Source of the DNA: a virus
Taxonomy: Duplodnaviria; Caudoviricetes
Strand: one strand, 5' to 3'
Length of the DNA: 64,000 nucleotides
IMG/VR virus record: IMGVR_UViG_3300000968_000002
Span: 5,344 to 69,343 of that record
Position 1 is the stretch's first letter, and each line of letters opens with the position of its first letter. Shown here in pieces: positions 8,219 through 17,367 of the stretch. Position numbers and translations under genes: made by a program. The notes beneath the pieces were generated by a model. It saw only the letters and a list, made by a program, of their open reading frames with translations. It searched no databases and was not told where the DNA came from.

Positions 8219-9909
8219 TGCCAAGAATATCGGAGGGCTTCAAAGACCAGCTCCGGGATATGATTCCCGTGAGCCGAGTCGCAGAGAAGCACGTTAAACT
8301 TAAAAGAGCAGGTCGTGAGATGGTTGGCCTCTCTCCATTTACAAATGAAAAAACACCGTCGTTTTACTGCATAGACGGAAAGCAATTCTTTAAGTGCTTC
8401 TCGAGTGGTAAATCTGGCGACGTTTTCACTTTGATAATGGAGCTCGAAAACCTTTCTTTCCCGGAGGCTGTAGAGTCGCTTGCAAATATGGCAGGCCTCG
8501 AGCTCCCAAAATATACCGAGCGTGAGCGTGAGAAAGACAGCGAGAGAAAAATTCTGTTTAAAGCCTGCGAGGAGATACAGCGTGTTTTCTGCGAGCGTCT
8601 TGCTCACGAGGAGGGGCGCGTGGCTCGAGAGTATTTAGAGCGGCGCGGGATTTCGGTCGAGCATCAAAAAAGGTGGGGGCTTGGATATGCTCCTGCTCAA
8701 TTTGACTCCATTCCGAAATACCTTAAGGGCTTCAAGCAGTCTATTCTTGAAAAGGCCGGATTGATTAAGGTGAACGATCGCGGGCCTTTTGGCTTCTATC
8801 GAGATCGATTGACGATTCCGATCCGAGACAGGCAAGGGCGCGTGATATCGTTTTCCTCCCGAGCTTTATCTCCTGATGTGAAGGCGAAATACCTCAACGG
8901 ACCCGAGACTGAAATCTTTAACAAGTCCCGGACGTTATTCGGAGCCGATATCGCAAAAGTCGAGATTGCTAAAGATCGAAAGCTGGGAGGTCTAATCTTA
9001 ACCGAGGGATGCCTTGATGTGATCGCTATGGATCAAGCCGGGCTGTCGCACAGTGTTGCACCACTAGGAACCTCAATAACGCCAGAGCACCTCAATATGC
9101 TTTGGAGATACGGGCCAGAGCCCGTTATTTGTCTTGATGGAGACGCCGCAGGAGCTCGCGCGACAATAAAGCTGATTAAGATGGCCCTTCCTAAAATTGG
9201 CGAGGGCAGGACTTTGCTTTTTGCTCGCTTGCCTCGAGGCCAAGACCCGGATGATGTATTGCGACAACGAGGGGCAAAAGGCCTCCGGGATGTGGTTAGG
9301 CAGACAACAGCTATGCCCCGGATGATTTGGGAGCACGAAAAAGGTATCGAGGCTCTCGACACGCCCGCGCGCCGATCTGGTTTTCAGGCTCGCCTCAAAG
9401 AATACGCAGCCCTGATAAAAGACAAAGAGACCGCTCGTCACTACCGAGACTCCTTTTTTCGCTGGAACCGGGATCTGTATCGTCGTGGGGACAAGCAGAG
9501 AGGAGAGAGCCTCAAGAGTGGAAGCGTTATAGCCCACCGAGGAATTGGACTTCTCGTGCGCTGTATAGACACCCCGGAACTTTTAGATCATGCGATTGAT
9601 AGTATTATGATGGCGGATAGCTGGGGGAGGGAGGCGAAAGAAATCACACGAATTATTCTCGACCTTTACCGATCAGATATAAAGATCAACCGGGAAGTGA
9701 TAATCGACACCCTGCTTATCGAAATGCAGGCTGACGCAGCCGAGGCCATTGAGAGCTACCCCAAGATGGAGCCGATAAAGCCTGGCTCTCATAAATGGGA
9801 ACAAGTTATAACCGGACTGCAAATGGTAAACCGACCCAAAGATCAACCCAAAACGCTCGCAGAAGCTATCCGGGAGCAGAGGTTTTCTCGAGGAATCTCG
9901 AAAAAATAA
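8218..9909 (+). CDS. dnaG: DNA primase DnaG
   Basis: SPFTNEKTPSF, KYLNGPETEIFNKSRTLFG, TOPRIM EGCLDV and CLDGDAAG, GQDPDD. Confidence 0.95.
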   Translation: MPRISEGFKDQLRDMIPVSRVAEKHVKLKRAGREMVGLSPFTNEKTPSFYCIDGKQFFKCFSSGKSGDVFTLIMELENLSFPEAVESLANMAGLELPKYTEREREKDSERKILFKACEEIQRVFCERLAHEEGRVAREYLERRGISVEHQKRWGLGYAPAQFDSIPKYLKGFKQSILEKAGLIKVNDRGPFGFYRDRLTIPIRDRQGRVISFSSRALSPDVKAKYLNGPETEIFNKSRTLFGADIAKVEIAKDRKLGGLILTEGCLDVIAMDQAGLSHSVAPLGTSITPEHLNMLWRYGPEPVICLDGDAAGARATIKLIKMALPKIGEGRTLLFARLPRGQDPDDVLRQRGAKGLRDVVRQTTAMPRMIWEHEKGIEALDTPARRSGFQARLKEYAALIKDKETARHYRDSFFRWNRDLYRRGDKQRGESLKSGSVIAHRGIGLLVRCIDTPELLDHAIDSIMMADSWGREAKEITRIILDLYRSDIKINREVIIDTLLIEMQADAAEAIESYPKMEPIKPGSHKWEQVITGLQMVNRPKDQPKTLAEAIREQRFSRGISKK

Positions 9910-9990
9910 GATTTTCTGTTGACCTCAGCATATCTTCACCGTAAATCAAAATCGTCAGGGCAATAGAGCCCACTACGGAGACACAAAATG
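9896..9990 (+). promoter_or_regulatory. Early promoter/leader copy 1: dyad box, TTGACC-N12-CACCGTA, GGGC-AATAGA-GCCC hairpin, RBS
   Basis: Aligns with copies at 39967-40064 and 16146-16240. Confidence 0.8.
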
Positions 9991-10200
9991 ATCACTCGAT
10001 ATAAAAACACAATAGCCAATCAAGACCTTTTGAAAACTCATAGATTTCCCGAGTTTTGCGAAGGGTCATCTTTAACCTCAGATTATATTCTTCACGACGA
10101 CAAACTTGGTGTTTTTCTTTTTGCCAACGAAGAAGACTTCGCATCTTACGGAATTGGAAACGATACAGTTGGATATGATAAATATGAGATAGCGGCGTAA
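9988..10200 (+). CDS. Hypothetical early protein
   Basis: Strong RBS (GGAGA), first gene after conserved leader. Confidence 0.6.
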   Translation: MITRYKNTIANQDLLKTHRFPEFCEGSSLTSDYILHDDKLGVFLFANEEDFASYGIGNDTVGYDKYEIAA

Positions 10201-10370
10201 TGTCGCCCGAGGAGTTCAAAAAACACAGTAGTCGTGTTCGCAAGCTTGAAGCGCTTGCAGAGCGCGGCGCAACGGCAGGCGAGCGTCAAGCCGCAGAAGC
10301 CGCTCTCGATCGTATTGAACCATCGTGGAGATTGACGGACGAGGAAATCCTTTCAGATTTGGGAATTAAA
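10200..10370 (+). CDS. Small DUF2786-like protein (56 aa)
   Basis: Below track cutoff; RVRKLEALAERGATAGERQAAEAAL; TAATG overlap with upstream gene. Confidence 0.55.
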
Positions 10371-10372
10371 AC

Positions 10373-10624
10373 ATGAAAAGAGATCGTGGAGAACGGATTT
10401 CATGGGAAGCCTTCAAGGCCCTACGGGAAAGCACTGGACTTAATGTTGATGAGGCTGCGGAGGTCCTTGGTGTCGGTCGAGACGCTATTCGAATATGGGA
10501 AGGCGATAAAAAACGTCGCGACAATCGACGCGCTCACCCGAGCGCTGTCGCCTATCTCCGCTGTATAGATCAAAACCCCGAGCTCATTCCCCCTCACTGG
10601 CCCGAGCGACTTCTTAAGGACTAA
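10373..10624 (+). CDS. XRE-family HTH protein
   Basis: LRESTGLNVDEAAEVLGVGRDAIRIWEG. Confidence 0.8.
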   Translation: MKRDRGERISWEAFKALRESTGLNVDEAAEVLGVGRDAIRIWEGDKKRRDNRRAHPSAVAYLRCIDQNPELIPPHWPERLLKD

Positions 10625-10626
10625 TC

Positions 10627-10857
10627 ATGCAACCCTATAAGCACGAAAATTTAGACGTTTGGGTTTTTCGCGATATTGGCGAGGAGCTGCCGGAAACTTT
10701 CCCGTGGGATCAAAAAGTCATCCCTCATGTTGGCGATCATATTGTTTTTCTTCTCGATGAATATGTCGTCGTAAAGCGAACCTTTACAATGGACGGAATT
10801 GTCTCTCCGATATCCGGCAGGCTTTCAATCTATGTCGAGCTGATAAACGAGGGATGA
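10627..10857 (+). CDS. Hypothetical protein
   Basis: Fills operon, tight coupling to neighbours. Confidence 0.5.
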   Translation: MQPYKHENLDVWVFRDIGEELPETFPWDQKVIPHVGDHIVFLLDEYVVVKRTFTMDGIVSPISGRLSIYVELINEG

Positions 10858-11462
10858 CCCACTACACTCGCTTTGAGGATATCCCGCTTTTTCATTACGA
10901 TATTATCAAGGCGGACCCGGCGTGGCTTTTTAAGTTGCGCTCAGAAAAGGGTGAGGACAAATCCCCTCAGGCTCAATACTCATGCATGACAATCGATGAA
11001 ATTCGAGCCTTGCGCGTCGGTGATCTTGCCGCTTCGAGCGGCTGTATACTTTGGCTCTACTGCACAAACCCAATGCTGATCGAGGGAATTTCGACCCTAA
11101 AGGCTTGGGGATTCAAATATGTTAGCGCCGGATCGTGGGCGAAAAAATACCCGGATAAAAAGCTTAAATGCGGCTGCATTCGAAAAGGCAAATACAGATG
11201 GGGTCCGGGATATACGCTGCGATCAACAAACGAGCCCTATCTTATCGGTCGAATTGGGGAGCCAAAAACGGTGAACAATACTCCATCAGGGTTTGACGGT
11301 GTGGCTCGTGAGCACTCTCGGAAACCGGAGGAAGGGTATGCAATAGCAGAACGTATGCTGGTCAGGCCAAACCCGAGACGACTTGATCTCTTTAGTCGTC
11401 AATCTCGCCCGGGGTGGGATAGTTTTGGTGACGAGATCGAAAAGTTTGAAAACACGGCTTGA
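10854..11462 (+). CDS. MT-A70 family N6-adenine methyltransferase
   Basis: DIIKADPAW (DPPW variant), LWLYCTN, WGFKY, HSRKPE, LDLFSR. Confidence 0.9.
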   Translation: MTHYTRFEDIPLFHYDIIKADPAWLFKLRSEKGEDKSPQAQYSCMTIDEIRALRVGDLAASSGCILWLYCTNPMLIEGISTLKAWGFKYVSAGSWAKKYPDKKLKCGCIRKGKYRWGPGYTLRSTNEPYLIGRIGEPKTVNNTPSGFDGVAREHSRKPEEGYAIAERMLVRPNPRRLDLFSRQSRPGWDSFGDEIEKFENTA

Positions 11463-11501
11463 AATTCTCGATTTTATGAGATAGCCCGATAATGCGAATA
11501 C
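11459..11501 (+). promoter_or_regulatory. Promoter TTGAAA-N17-TAGCCC with dyad box in the spacer, followed by GCGAATAC
   Basis: Box TCTCGATTTTATGAGA at 11466-11481. Confidence 0.55.
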
Positions 11502-11512
11502 ACGGAGGCTTT

Positions 11513-11938
11513 ATGCCAATTAAGACAAAAACCGGGACTCAGCCCGCACCAGAGGTTTTACATCGGATTTTTGGCCAGCCCGGACGTGCGACTTTCCGGG
11601 ATGTTCTCAATGGGTACGGTCTTAATTTCATCAACGATAGAGTCATGCACTCAATGTCCGGGCGATTGGTTTACCCCATCGACGGAGGGTGGCCTCGATC
11701 GAATGTCGACCCACTTCCTCCGGGACAGGCTCGCCTTGGTGTATGGAGGCGTTTGCGGTGGGTTATTCAAGAGCAGAGAGATCATGCCGAGCGCCAGAGG
11801 GTTCTTGCTGATAGGTATGCTGATGATCGCGACAACCCTAGCCCGTTTAATCCTCACAGGCCTCGCACGCCTATCGATATAGAGGACAGCGATATTGTCC
11901 CTTCCATCGACCGCGACACCAGCCCTCTATTCAACTAA
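11513..11938 (+). CDS. Hypothetical protein
   Basis: GGAGG RBS before ATG 11513. Confidence 0.55.
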   Translation: MPIKTKTGTQPAPEVLHRIFGQPGRATFRDVLNGYGLNFINDRVMHSMSGRLVYPIDGGWPRSNVDPLPPGQARLGVWRRLRWVIQEQRDHAERQRVLADRYADDRDNPSPFNPHRPRTPIDIEDSDIVPSIDRDTSPLFN

Positions 11939-11948
11939 GGAAATCAAA

Positions 11949-12401
11949 ATGAGTAAATTTCCATTTGACGGAAAAGCAATCTCGGTTCGCCAGCCTTGGG
12001 CTTGGGCTTTAATCCACTCTCACAAGCATTTTGAAAACCGATCTCAGAGATGGACCAGCCTCGACCAGACGAGAGTTTGTATTCATGCTTCTGCCGGAAT
12101 GAGCCAAAGAGAATATGAAGAGGCACGGGATTTTATGATTTCTATCGGGGTCACAAACGTTCCTCGACCAGATGAGTTAATTCGGGGTGCCGTTATTGGA
12201 TCTGTCTATGTTGAGAGAATTGTGAGCGATAGCGACGATCCGTGGTTCTTTGGACCTTACGCCCTTGAGGTCTCGACACCATACGCTCGAGAACCGAAAG
12301 GCCTGACAAAAGGAGCTCTTGGTGCTTTCAAATGGAAAGAAACCAGTGAGCCGCTCCTTGAGCCTAAGCCTTGGATGAAAAAATGGAGCACACCTAAATG
12401 A
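11949..12401 (+). CDS. ASCH domain protein
   Basis: KAISVRQPWAWALI...KHFENRS...IHAS, GAVIGSV, KGALG. Confidence 0.85.
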   Translation: MSKFPFDGKAISVRQPWAWALIHSHKHFENRSQRWTSLDQTRVCIHASAGMSQREYEEARDFMISIGVTNVPRPDELIRGAVIGSVYVERIVSDSDDPWFFGPYALEVSTPYAREPKGLTKGALGAFKWKETSEPLLEPKPWMKKWSTPK

Positions 12402-13531
12402 GTTTTTCGTGGTCACCGCAGCAAGACGACGCCCTCTCGAGAGTTGAGGCGTGGCTTATAAAAGCCTCCAAGGTCAAAGATTTTTCCAAGAGCTCTGTTC
12501 CGCAAGTTTTCTATCTTGCTGGTTACGCCGGGACAGGGAAAACAACTCTTGCTAAATACCTCGTTAAAAAACGCCGCCCGGTCTATGGCGCCTTATCCGG
12601 GAAAGCTGCCGTGATGATGATGAAGGCGGGCTGCGACGGCGCGAGCACGCTTCACTCTTTGATTTACAACGCTGTCCGTCACAAAGTCACAGGTAAGTAT
12701 AAATTTATTTTCAATGCAGACAGTCAATGCTCACGAGCTGGTGTGATCGTTGTCGATGAGGTCTCAATGGTTGGTGATAAAATTGGCTCTGACCTTTTGC
12801 GTTTCAATAAACCGATCCTTGTCCTTGGTGATCCCGCACAACTTCCTCCGATCAAATCAGGCGGTTTCTTTACCGATCGAGAACCGGACATTATGCTGAC
12901 GGAAATACATCGACAAGCTGAGGGAAATCCAATCATTCAACTTGCAACAATGGTTAGAAATGGTGAGCGTCCGAGATATGGGCAGTATGGAAATTCATCT
13001 GTAATTGATACATCCGGGATAACTTCCGATCGAATTATACAGGCTGACCAGGTTCTGGTTGGCAGAAACATAACGCGGCATAATTACAATGGACGGATTC
13101 GAGAGCTTAACAATATAGACGACAAAATGCCTATTGTCGGTGATCGTCTCGTGTGCCTTAAAAACGATCACCAAAAAGGTATATTTAATGGAGGGATTTA
13201 TCGCGTCGAGGAGGTTGGTGCTCCAGATGAAGATGCGCGCCGATGCGTCAGACTTGTCGTCCGATCCGAGGACTTCCCGGAGGCTGACTTTGTTGAAGCA
13301 ACTGTCCGAAAGGAGTTTTTCACCGGAGGATATCAAGACATTTTTTGGAAAGAGCTTATGGGCTTGCAGCAGTTCACTTACGGTTACGCCCTAACGGTTC
13401 ATAAAAGCCAAGGCAGCCAGTGGGATGACGTCGTTCTTTTCGATCAATCCGGGGCGTTTGGCGATACGTGGGCTAGGCATTTATACACTGGAATTACTCG
13501 AGCAGCGGAAGTATTGACTATCGTGATATGA
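12398..13531 (+). CDS. SF1B helicase (Dda/RecD2-like)
   Basis: GYAGTGKTT, VDEVSM, GDPAQLPP, LTEIHRQ, YALTVHKSQGSQW. Confidence 0.92.
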   Translation: MSFSWSPQQDDALSRVEAWLIKASKVKDFSKSSVPQVFYLAGYAGTGKTTLAKYLVKKRRPVYGALSGKAAVMMMKAGCDGASTLHSLIYNAVRHKVTGKYKFIFNADSQCSRAGVIVVDEVSMVGDKIGSDLLRFNKPILVLGDPAQLPPIKSGGFFTDREPDIMLTEIHRQAEGNPIIQLATMVRNGERPRYGQYGNSSVIDTSGITSDRIIQADQVLVGRNITRHNYNGRIRELNNIDDKMPIVGDRLVCLKNDHQKGIFNGGIYRVEEVGAPDEDARRCVRLVVRSEDFPEADFVEATVRKEFFTGGYQDIFWKELMGLQQFTYGYALTVHKSQGSQWDDVVLFDQSGAFGDTWARHLYTGITRAAEVLTIVI

Positions 13532-13992
13532 AGACAAAACACGGACTGACTAAAAGAATTGAGAATGGAAGGCGTATCGATTCTCCCGAGTGGAGAATTT
13601 ATAACGCGATGAAGACCCGGTGCCTCAACCCAAACTCCAGCCGTTATAAAGACTACGGAGGCCGTGGGATAACAATATGTGACCGATGGCTAAATGGAGA
13701 CGGCAGTCTCTCCGGGGTTGAGTGCTTTATTCAAGACCTTGGGCCTCGCCCATCTAAAAAACACAGCCTAGATCGAGAAGATAATGACGGGAATTATGCT
13801 CCCGGAAACTGCAAATGGGCAACCGTTAAGGAGCAAAACCGAAACTCAAGAAACAACAGAATGGTTACAGTAAAAGGTCAAAAAATGATCCTTATTGAGG
13901 CGGTCGAAAGGTTCTCCTCTGCAAAATATCAAACTGTAGTTATGAGGATACATAGAGGATGGTCCGACGAGGACGCTATTCTTAAGGCTTAA
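13528..13992 (+). CDS. HNH homing endonuclease
   Basis: YNAMKTRC..YGGRGITICDRW..SLDREDNDGNYAPGNCKWAT..QNRN. Confidence 0.85.
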   Translation: MKTKHGLTKRIENGRRIDSPEWRIYNAMKTRCLNPNSSRYKDYGGRGITICDRWLNGDGSLSGVECFIQDLGPRPSKKHSLDREDNDGNYAPGNCKWATVKEQNRNSRNNRMVTVKGQKMILIEAVERFSSAKYQTVVMRIHRGWSDEDAILKA

Positions 13993-14051
13993 ATTTGCAC
14001 ATTTCAAAAATAATGATAAGGCTTCACCTGTCCTAAACAGAGGTGAAGCAT

Positions 14052-14693
14052 ATGTCCGACGGTTGGCCTGCAACGAACATCGAAATGCGGGAGGTCAGTT
14101 CCCTTAAGGAGCTCGAGACAAACGCCCGAATTCATTCGGACTCTCAAGTGGAAAAACTTGCCAATCTTATCACGAAATTTGGATGGACGCAGCCAATCCT
14201 TATCGATGAGGACAGCGTGATCCTTGCCGGTCACGGACGGCTCCTTGCAGCCAAACACCTCGATCTCAAAGAGGTTCCGGTTATGGTCGCGCGTGGATGG
14301 AGCGAGGCAGAGAAGCGAGCCTATGCAATCGCTGATAACAAAATCTATGAATTCGGCTCTTGGGATCAAGGCATTCTCGGGTCCGAAACGCTCGAGATTA
14401 CAGATATGGGATTCGATATCGTGGACCTTGATATCGGCTTAAGCGTCTTCGAGGGGGAGCTTGTCGATAACCCGCTCGGAGAATGGGCAGGGATGCCGGA
14501 GTATGAGAGCAAAGACAAAACCGCGTTTCGCAGCCTTCAAATCCACTTTCACGATCAAGAGGGTGTCGATAAGTTTGCAGAGCTAACCGGGCAGCCAATC
14601 ACAAAGAAAACCCGATATCTATGGTTCCCGGAAATCAAGATCGACCGATATGCAGACAAAGCCTATGAGGACGACGGCAATGAAGAAGAATAA
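14052..14693 (+). CDS. ParB/Srx N-terminal domain protein
   Basis: NARIHSDSQVEKLANLITKFGWTQPILID..ILAGHGRLLAA. Confidence 0.85.
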   Translation: MSDGWPATNIEMREVSSLKELETNARIHSDSQVEKLANLITKFGWTQPILIDEDSVILAGHGRLLAAKHLDLKEVPVMVARGWSEAEKRAYAIADNKIYEFGSWDQGILGSETLEITDMGFDIVDLDIGLSVFEGELVDNPLGEWAGMPEYESKDKTAFRSLQIHFHDQEGVDKFAELTGQPITKKTRYLWFPEIKIDRYADKAYEDDGNEEE

Positions 14694-15606
14694 CTATCCT
14701 CAATTCCCGCTCTACATTCCGAGCAAGGGCCGCTCTCAATACATGATTACCAGCAAGGCTCTTTCCGCTATGGGTGTCCGGCATACCGTCGTTTGCGAGC
14801 CTGATGAGGTTGACGACTATACTGCGGCCGCAGAGGGTTTGCTTTGCGATATCCTACCGATGGATATGGATTACAAATCTCGATATGAGCTCTGCGACGG
14901 CTTAGGCCTCACTCGATCGACCGGTCCCGGGCCTGCGCGCAATTTTATTTGGGAGCACTCGATCTCGCAGGGTCATGATTGGCATTGGGTAATGGACGAC
15001 AACATTCGAAAGTTTTTCCGCCTGAATAGAAATCTTAAAGTCCCGGCAAACTCTCCCGCTATCTGGCGAGCAATGGAGGACTTTGCTCTGCGTTTCAGCA
15101 ACGTCGCAATGGCTGGGCCTAACTATTTCATGTTTGCCGCCCGGAAAACAAAGCAGCCGCCCTTCGTTCTCAACACCCGGATTTACTCCTGCAACCTTAT
15201 CCGCAACGATGTGCCGTTCAGATGGCGCGGGAGATACAACGAAGACACAATCCTCTCGGTCGACCTTTTGAAAGCCGGATATTGCACCATTCAGTATAAC
15301 GCCTTTTTACAAGAGAAAATGGGGACGCAGGTTCTCGCAGGAGGAAACACTGACGAGTTCTATCACGTTGAGGGCGAGCAGACCGAGGGCAAGCGCTACA
15401 CCGACACAGGAACGCTAGCCAAGAGCCGGATGATCGTTGACGTTCACCCGGACGTTTCTCGCGTTGTGGAACGCTTTAAGCGAATCCATCACTATGTCGA
15501 TTACGGAAAGTTCAAGGGGAATAAACTTAGGCGGATCGGAGAACGCCCACCCAAAGGCTCGGTGAATAATTACGGCATGAAGCTTGTTAAGCTCGAGGAT
15601 AGATAA
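14680..15606 (+). CDS. GREB1/TET-associated (TAGT)-like GT-A glycosyltransferase
   Basis: PLYIPSKGR, WVMDDN, RIYSCNLIRND, WRGRYNEDT motifs. Confidence 0.7.
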   Translation: MKKNNYPQFPLYIPSKGRSQYMITSKALSAMGVRHTVVCEPDEVDDYTAAAEGLLCDILPMDMDYKSRYELCDGLGLTRSTGPGPARNFIWEHSISQGHDWHWVMDDNIRKFFRLNRNLKVPANSPAIWRAMEDFALRFSNVAMAGPNYFMFAARKTKQPPFVLNTRIYSCNLIRNDVPFRWRGRYNEDTILSVDLLKAGYCTIQYNAFLQEKMGTQVLAGGNTDEFYHVEGEQTEGKRYTDTGTLAKSRMIVDVHPDVSRVVERFKRIHHYVDYGKFKGNKLRRIGERPPKGSVNNYGMKLVKLEDR

Positions 15607-15667
15607 GGGCGTCCGACTAAGCTGGATCATTTAAGGCTCGCGGCGATGAAAGCAAACCCCCTTAATT

Positions 15668-15889
15668 TTAAGGCGAAACGTAATCCGACGGCACATGAGC
15701 TGTCATACCTGTTTTCGATACCGCATAGATCAAAGCTTTAGGATCGTCTCCCGCGTCCTCGCGGGCAGTCTCGAGACTTGGGAACTCCCTGCGGTCTCTG
15801 TTGCCTTTCCCTTTAAACCGAAAAGTTGTGAACAGAGACGCGGTCTCGATGATTTTGAGATCGCGATCGGTAAGAGGGCTTTTCTTCAT
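15668..15889 (-). CDS. Hypothetical protein
   Basis: Second gene of a minus-strand early unit. Confidence 0.55.
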   Translation of the reverse strand: MKKSPLTDRDLKIIETASLFTTFRFKGKGNRDRREFPSLETAREDAGDDPKALIYAVSKTGMTAHVPSDYVSP

Positions 15890-15893
15890 AGCC

Positions 15894-16148
15894 TTAACTC
15901 CGAGTTACCTCGACAAGGAAAGCGTCTATCTCCTCAAGCCTCAACCGCCCGCAGTCACAAAGTATAACACCTGTTTTAGCGTGCTTAACGATAGTTTGTC
16001 CGTCAACACGGGCTCCTATCAAGAAGAAACGGAAGGCCTCCTCTACGTTGTTTCGGCAGAAAGTTGCGACGATATCTCCGTCTGCGTCAAAAACCTTAAT
16101 AATATTACGAGTGGTGGAATTGAAAGTCCAAGTTTGGGTGTGTCTCAT
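15894..16148 (-). CDS. Hypothetical early protein
   Basis: ATG 16148 follows GGAG RBS of the conserved leader. Confidence 0.6.
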   Translation of the reverse strand: MRHTQTWTFNSTTRNIIKVFDADGDIVATFCRNNVEEAFRFFLIGARVDGQTIVKHAKTGVILCDCGRLRLEEIDAFLVEVTRS

Positions 16149-16240
16149 GTCTATCTCCATTTGTGGGCTCGATTGCCCTGACGAGATACTCTTTAGGGTG
16201 AGGCTGCCGAGGCAGCAACACTTTTCTTTATTTTTCGAGA
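16146..16240 (-). promoter_or_regulatory. Early promoter/leader copy 3
   Basis: TCTCGAAAAATAAAGA-N6-TTGCTG-N12-CACCCTA...TCGTCAGGGCAATCGAGCCCAC..GGAG..ATG. Confidence 0.8.
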
Positions 16241-16243
16241 CCG

Positions 16244-16909
16244 CTATCGAGGCACGATCGGAGACGTGACCTCATACTCCTCGCCATCATACCAGTTCAG
16301 GTCTGCGCATCCCGATCGCACAAGCCACTGATTGAGGTTGTTTCCATTTTTCCAAATGATAACCAAAGGCCTGCCAAACTTCCCGGAAGCGTCACCGATC
16401 GTTTGAACGATAACCCTCGGGCCTCCGTCCTCAACCCACTTGATCGGCGCGTCCGGGACAACATTTAAGCCATCCGGGCGCAACAGATTGTGATATTTGA
16501 CCCTTCGAGGGTAGTGGCTCGGGTTTCCTCCAAGCCATCCGATCATAAGGTCTCGGCACTCGAATCCGGTTTTAACATGTGTCGAGCCTATCGATCGCCC
16601 GCGAAATCTTTTCGATCGAGACTTCTTGATCTCAAACGCATTCGTCCCGGCAAGCCTGACGTTTAGGTCGCGCCGCCAAAAATCAAACCCTACATCGAGA
16701 TCGATATTTAGCGTGTCGGAATCGTAAACCTCTTTGACGATCGCGGTGTAGGTGTATTGAGGAGCCTCGATCGACTCCGGGTCTCCCGGGAGCACGTCTT
16801 GATATCCTGCCCACGGAATAGGTGCTGTGCTTTGAGCTTGAGCCGCAGGAGTGAGATTGAAAGCCAAAAGGCTTAAAATCAGCAGTAAAGTGACCTTGAT
16901 ATTTTTCAT
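16244..16909 (-). CDS. Thermonuclease (SNase)-like protein with Sec signal peptide
   Basis: VYDSDT, VRLAGTNAFE, GKFGRPL, NLNQWLVRSG; N-terminal MKNIK-hydrophobic-AQA. Confidence 0.8.
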   Translation of the reverse strand: MKNIKVTLLLILSLLAFNLTPAAQAQSTAPIPWAGYQDVLPGDPESIEAPQYTYTAIVKEVYDSDTLNIDLDVGFDFWRRDLNVRLAGTNAFEIKKSRSKRFRGRSIGSTHVKTGFECRDLMIGWLGGNPSHYPRRVKYHNLLRPDGLNVVPDAPIKWVEDGGPRVIVQTIGDASGKFGRPLVIIWKNGNNLNQWLVRSGCADLNWYDGEEYEVTSPIVPR

Positions 16910-17367
16910 GACGGTTTCTCCTCGTCAGCGGTTTCGCAAACCTTGCCTGCATTCAAGCGCTCAAGGCAAGCCAAAGCATCGACGCGCTCGATAGCGCTTT
17001 TCTCTCGTTCCTTTTCCCGGGCGTCCTCAACTTTATTGATCTCATTAACGAGATCGGTGAACGCAATATCGAGGTTTTCAAAGTCAGCGAGACAAAGGTC
17101 TGCGATCTGACCGCTAGCGTTGTGCGTTCCCTTGCTGCGGATATCCCGCGAGGACAGGCTTAAGAGGTTGCTCGGAGGCCGGTTTTTGAATGGTTCCTTG
17201 ATTTTCTCTGACGACTTTGTTGCACTCGGAAGGTCGACGGCTACATATTTTGTCGAGACGGTCTGCGAGTTGTGACCGCACGCCGTCAGGAGCGATAGCG
17301 AGGCCAGATAGATCGCCAGCCGCAGCAGCAGCGTCTTGAGCCTCTTTAAGCTGTTTAGAGAGTTCAT
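16906..17367 (-). CDS. o-spanin (Rz1-like lipoprotein)
   Basis: Lipoprotein signal with lipobox LLTAC; overlaps 3' end of the i-spanin candidate. Confidence 0.7.
   Translation of the reverse strand: MNSLNSLKRLKTLLLRLAIYLASLSLLTACGHNSQTVSTKYVAVDLPSATKSSEKIKEPFKNRPPSNLLSLSSRDIRSKGTHNASGQIADLCLADFENLDIAFTDLVNEINKVEDAREKEREKSAIERVDALACLERLNAGKVCETADEEKPS

Noticed and set aside
14052-14693. ParB as evidence of a plasmid-prophage partition system
   Set aside because: Only the N-terminal ParB/Srx domain is present; no ParA, HTH or parS repeats; context is modification-like
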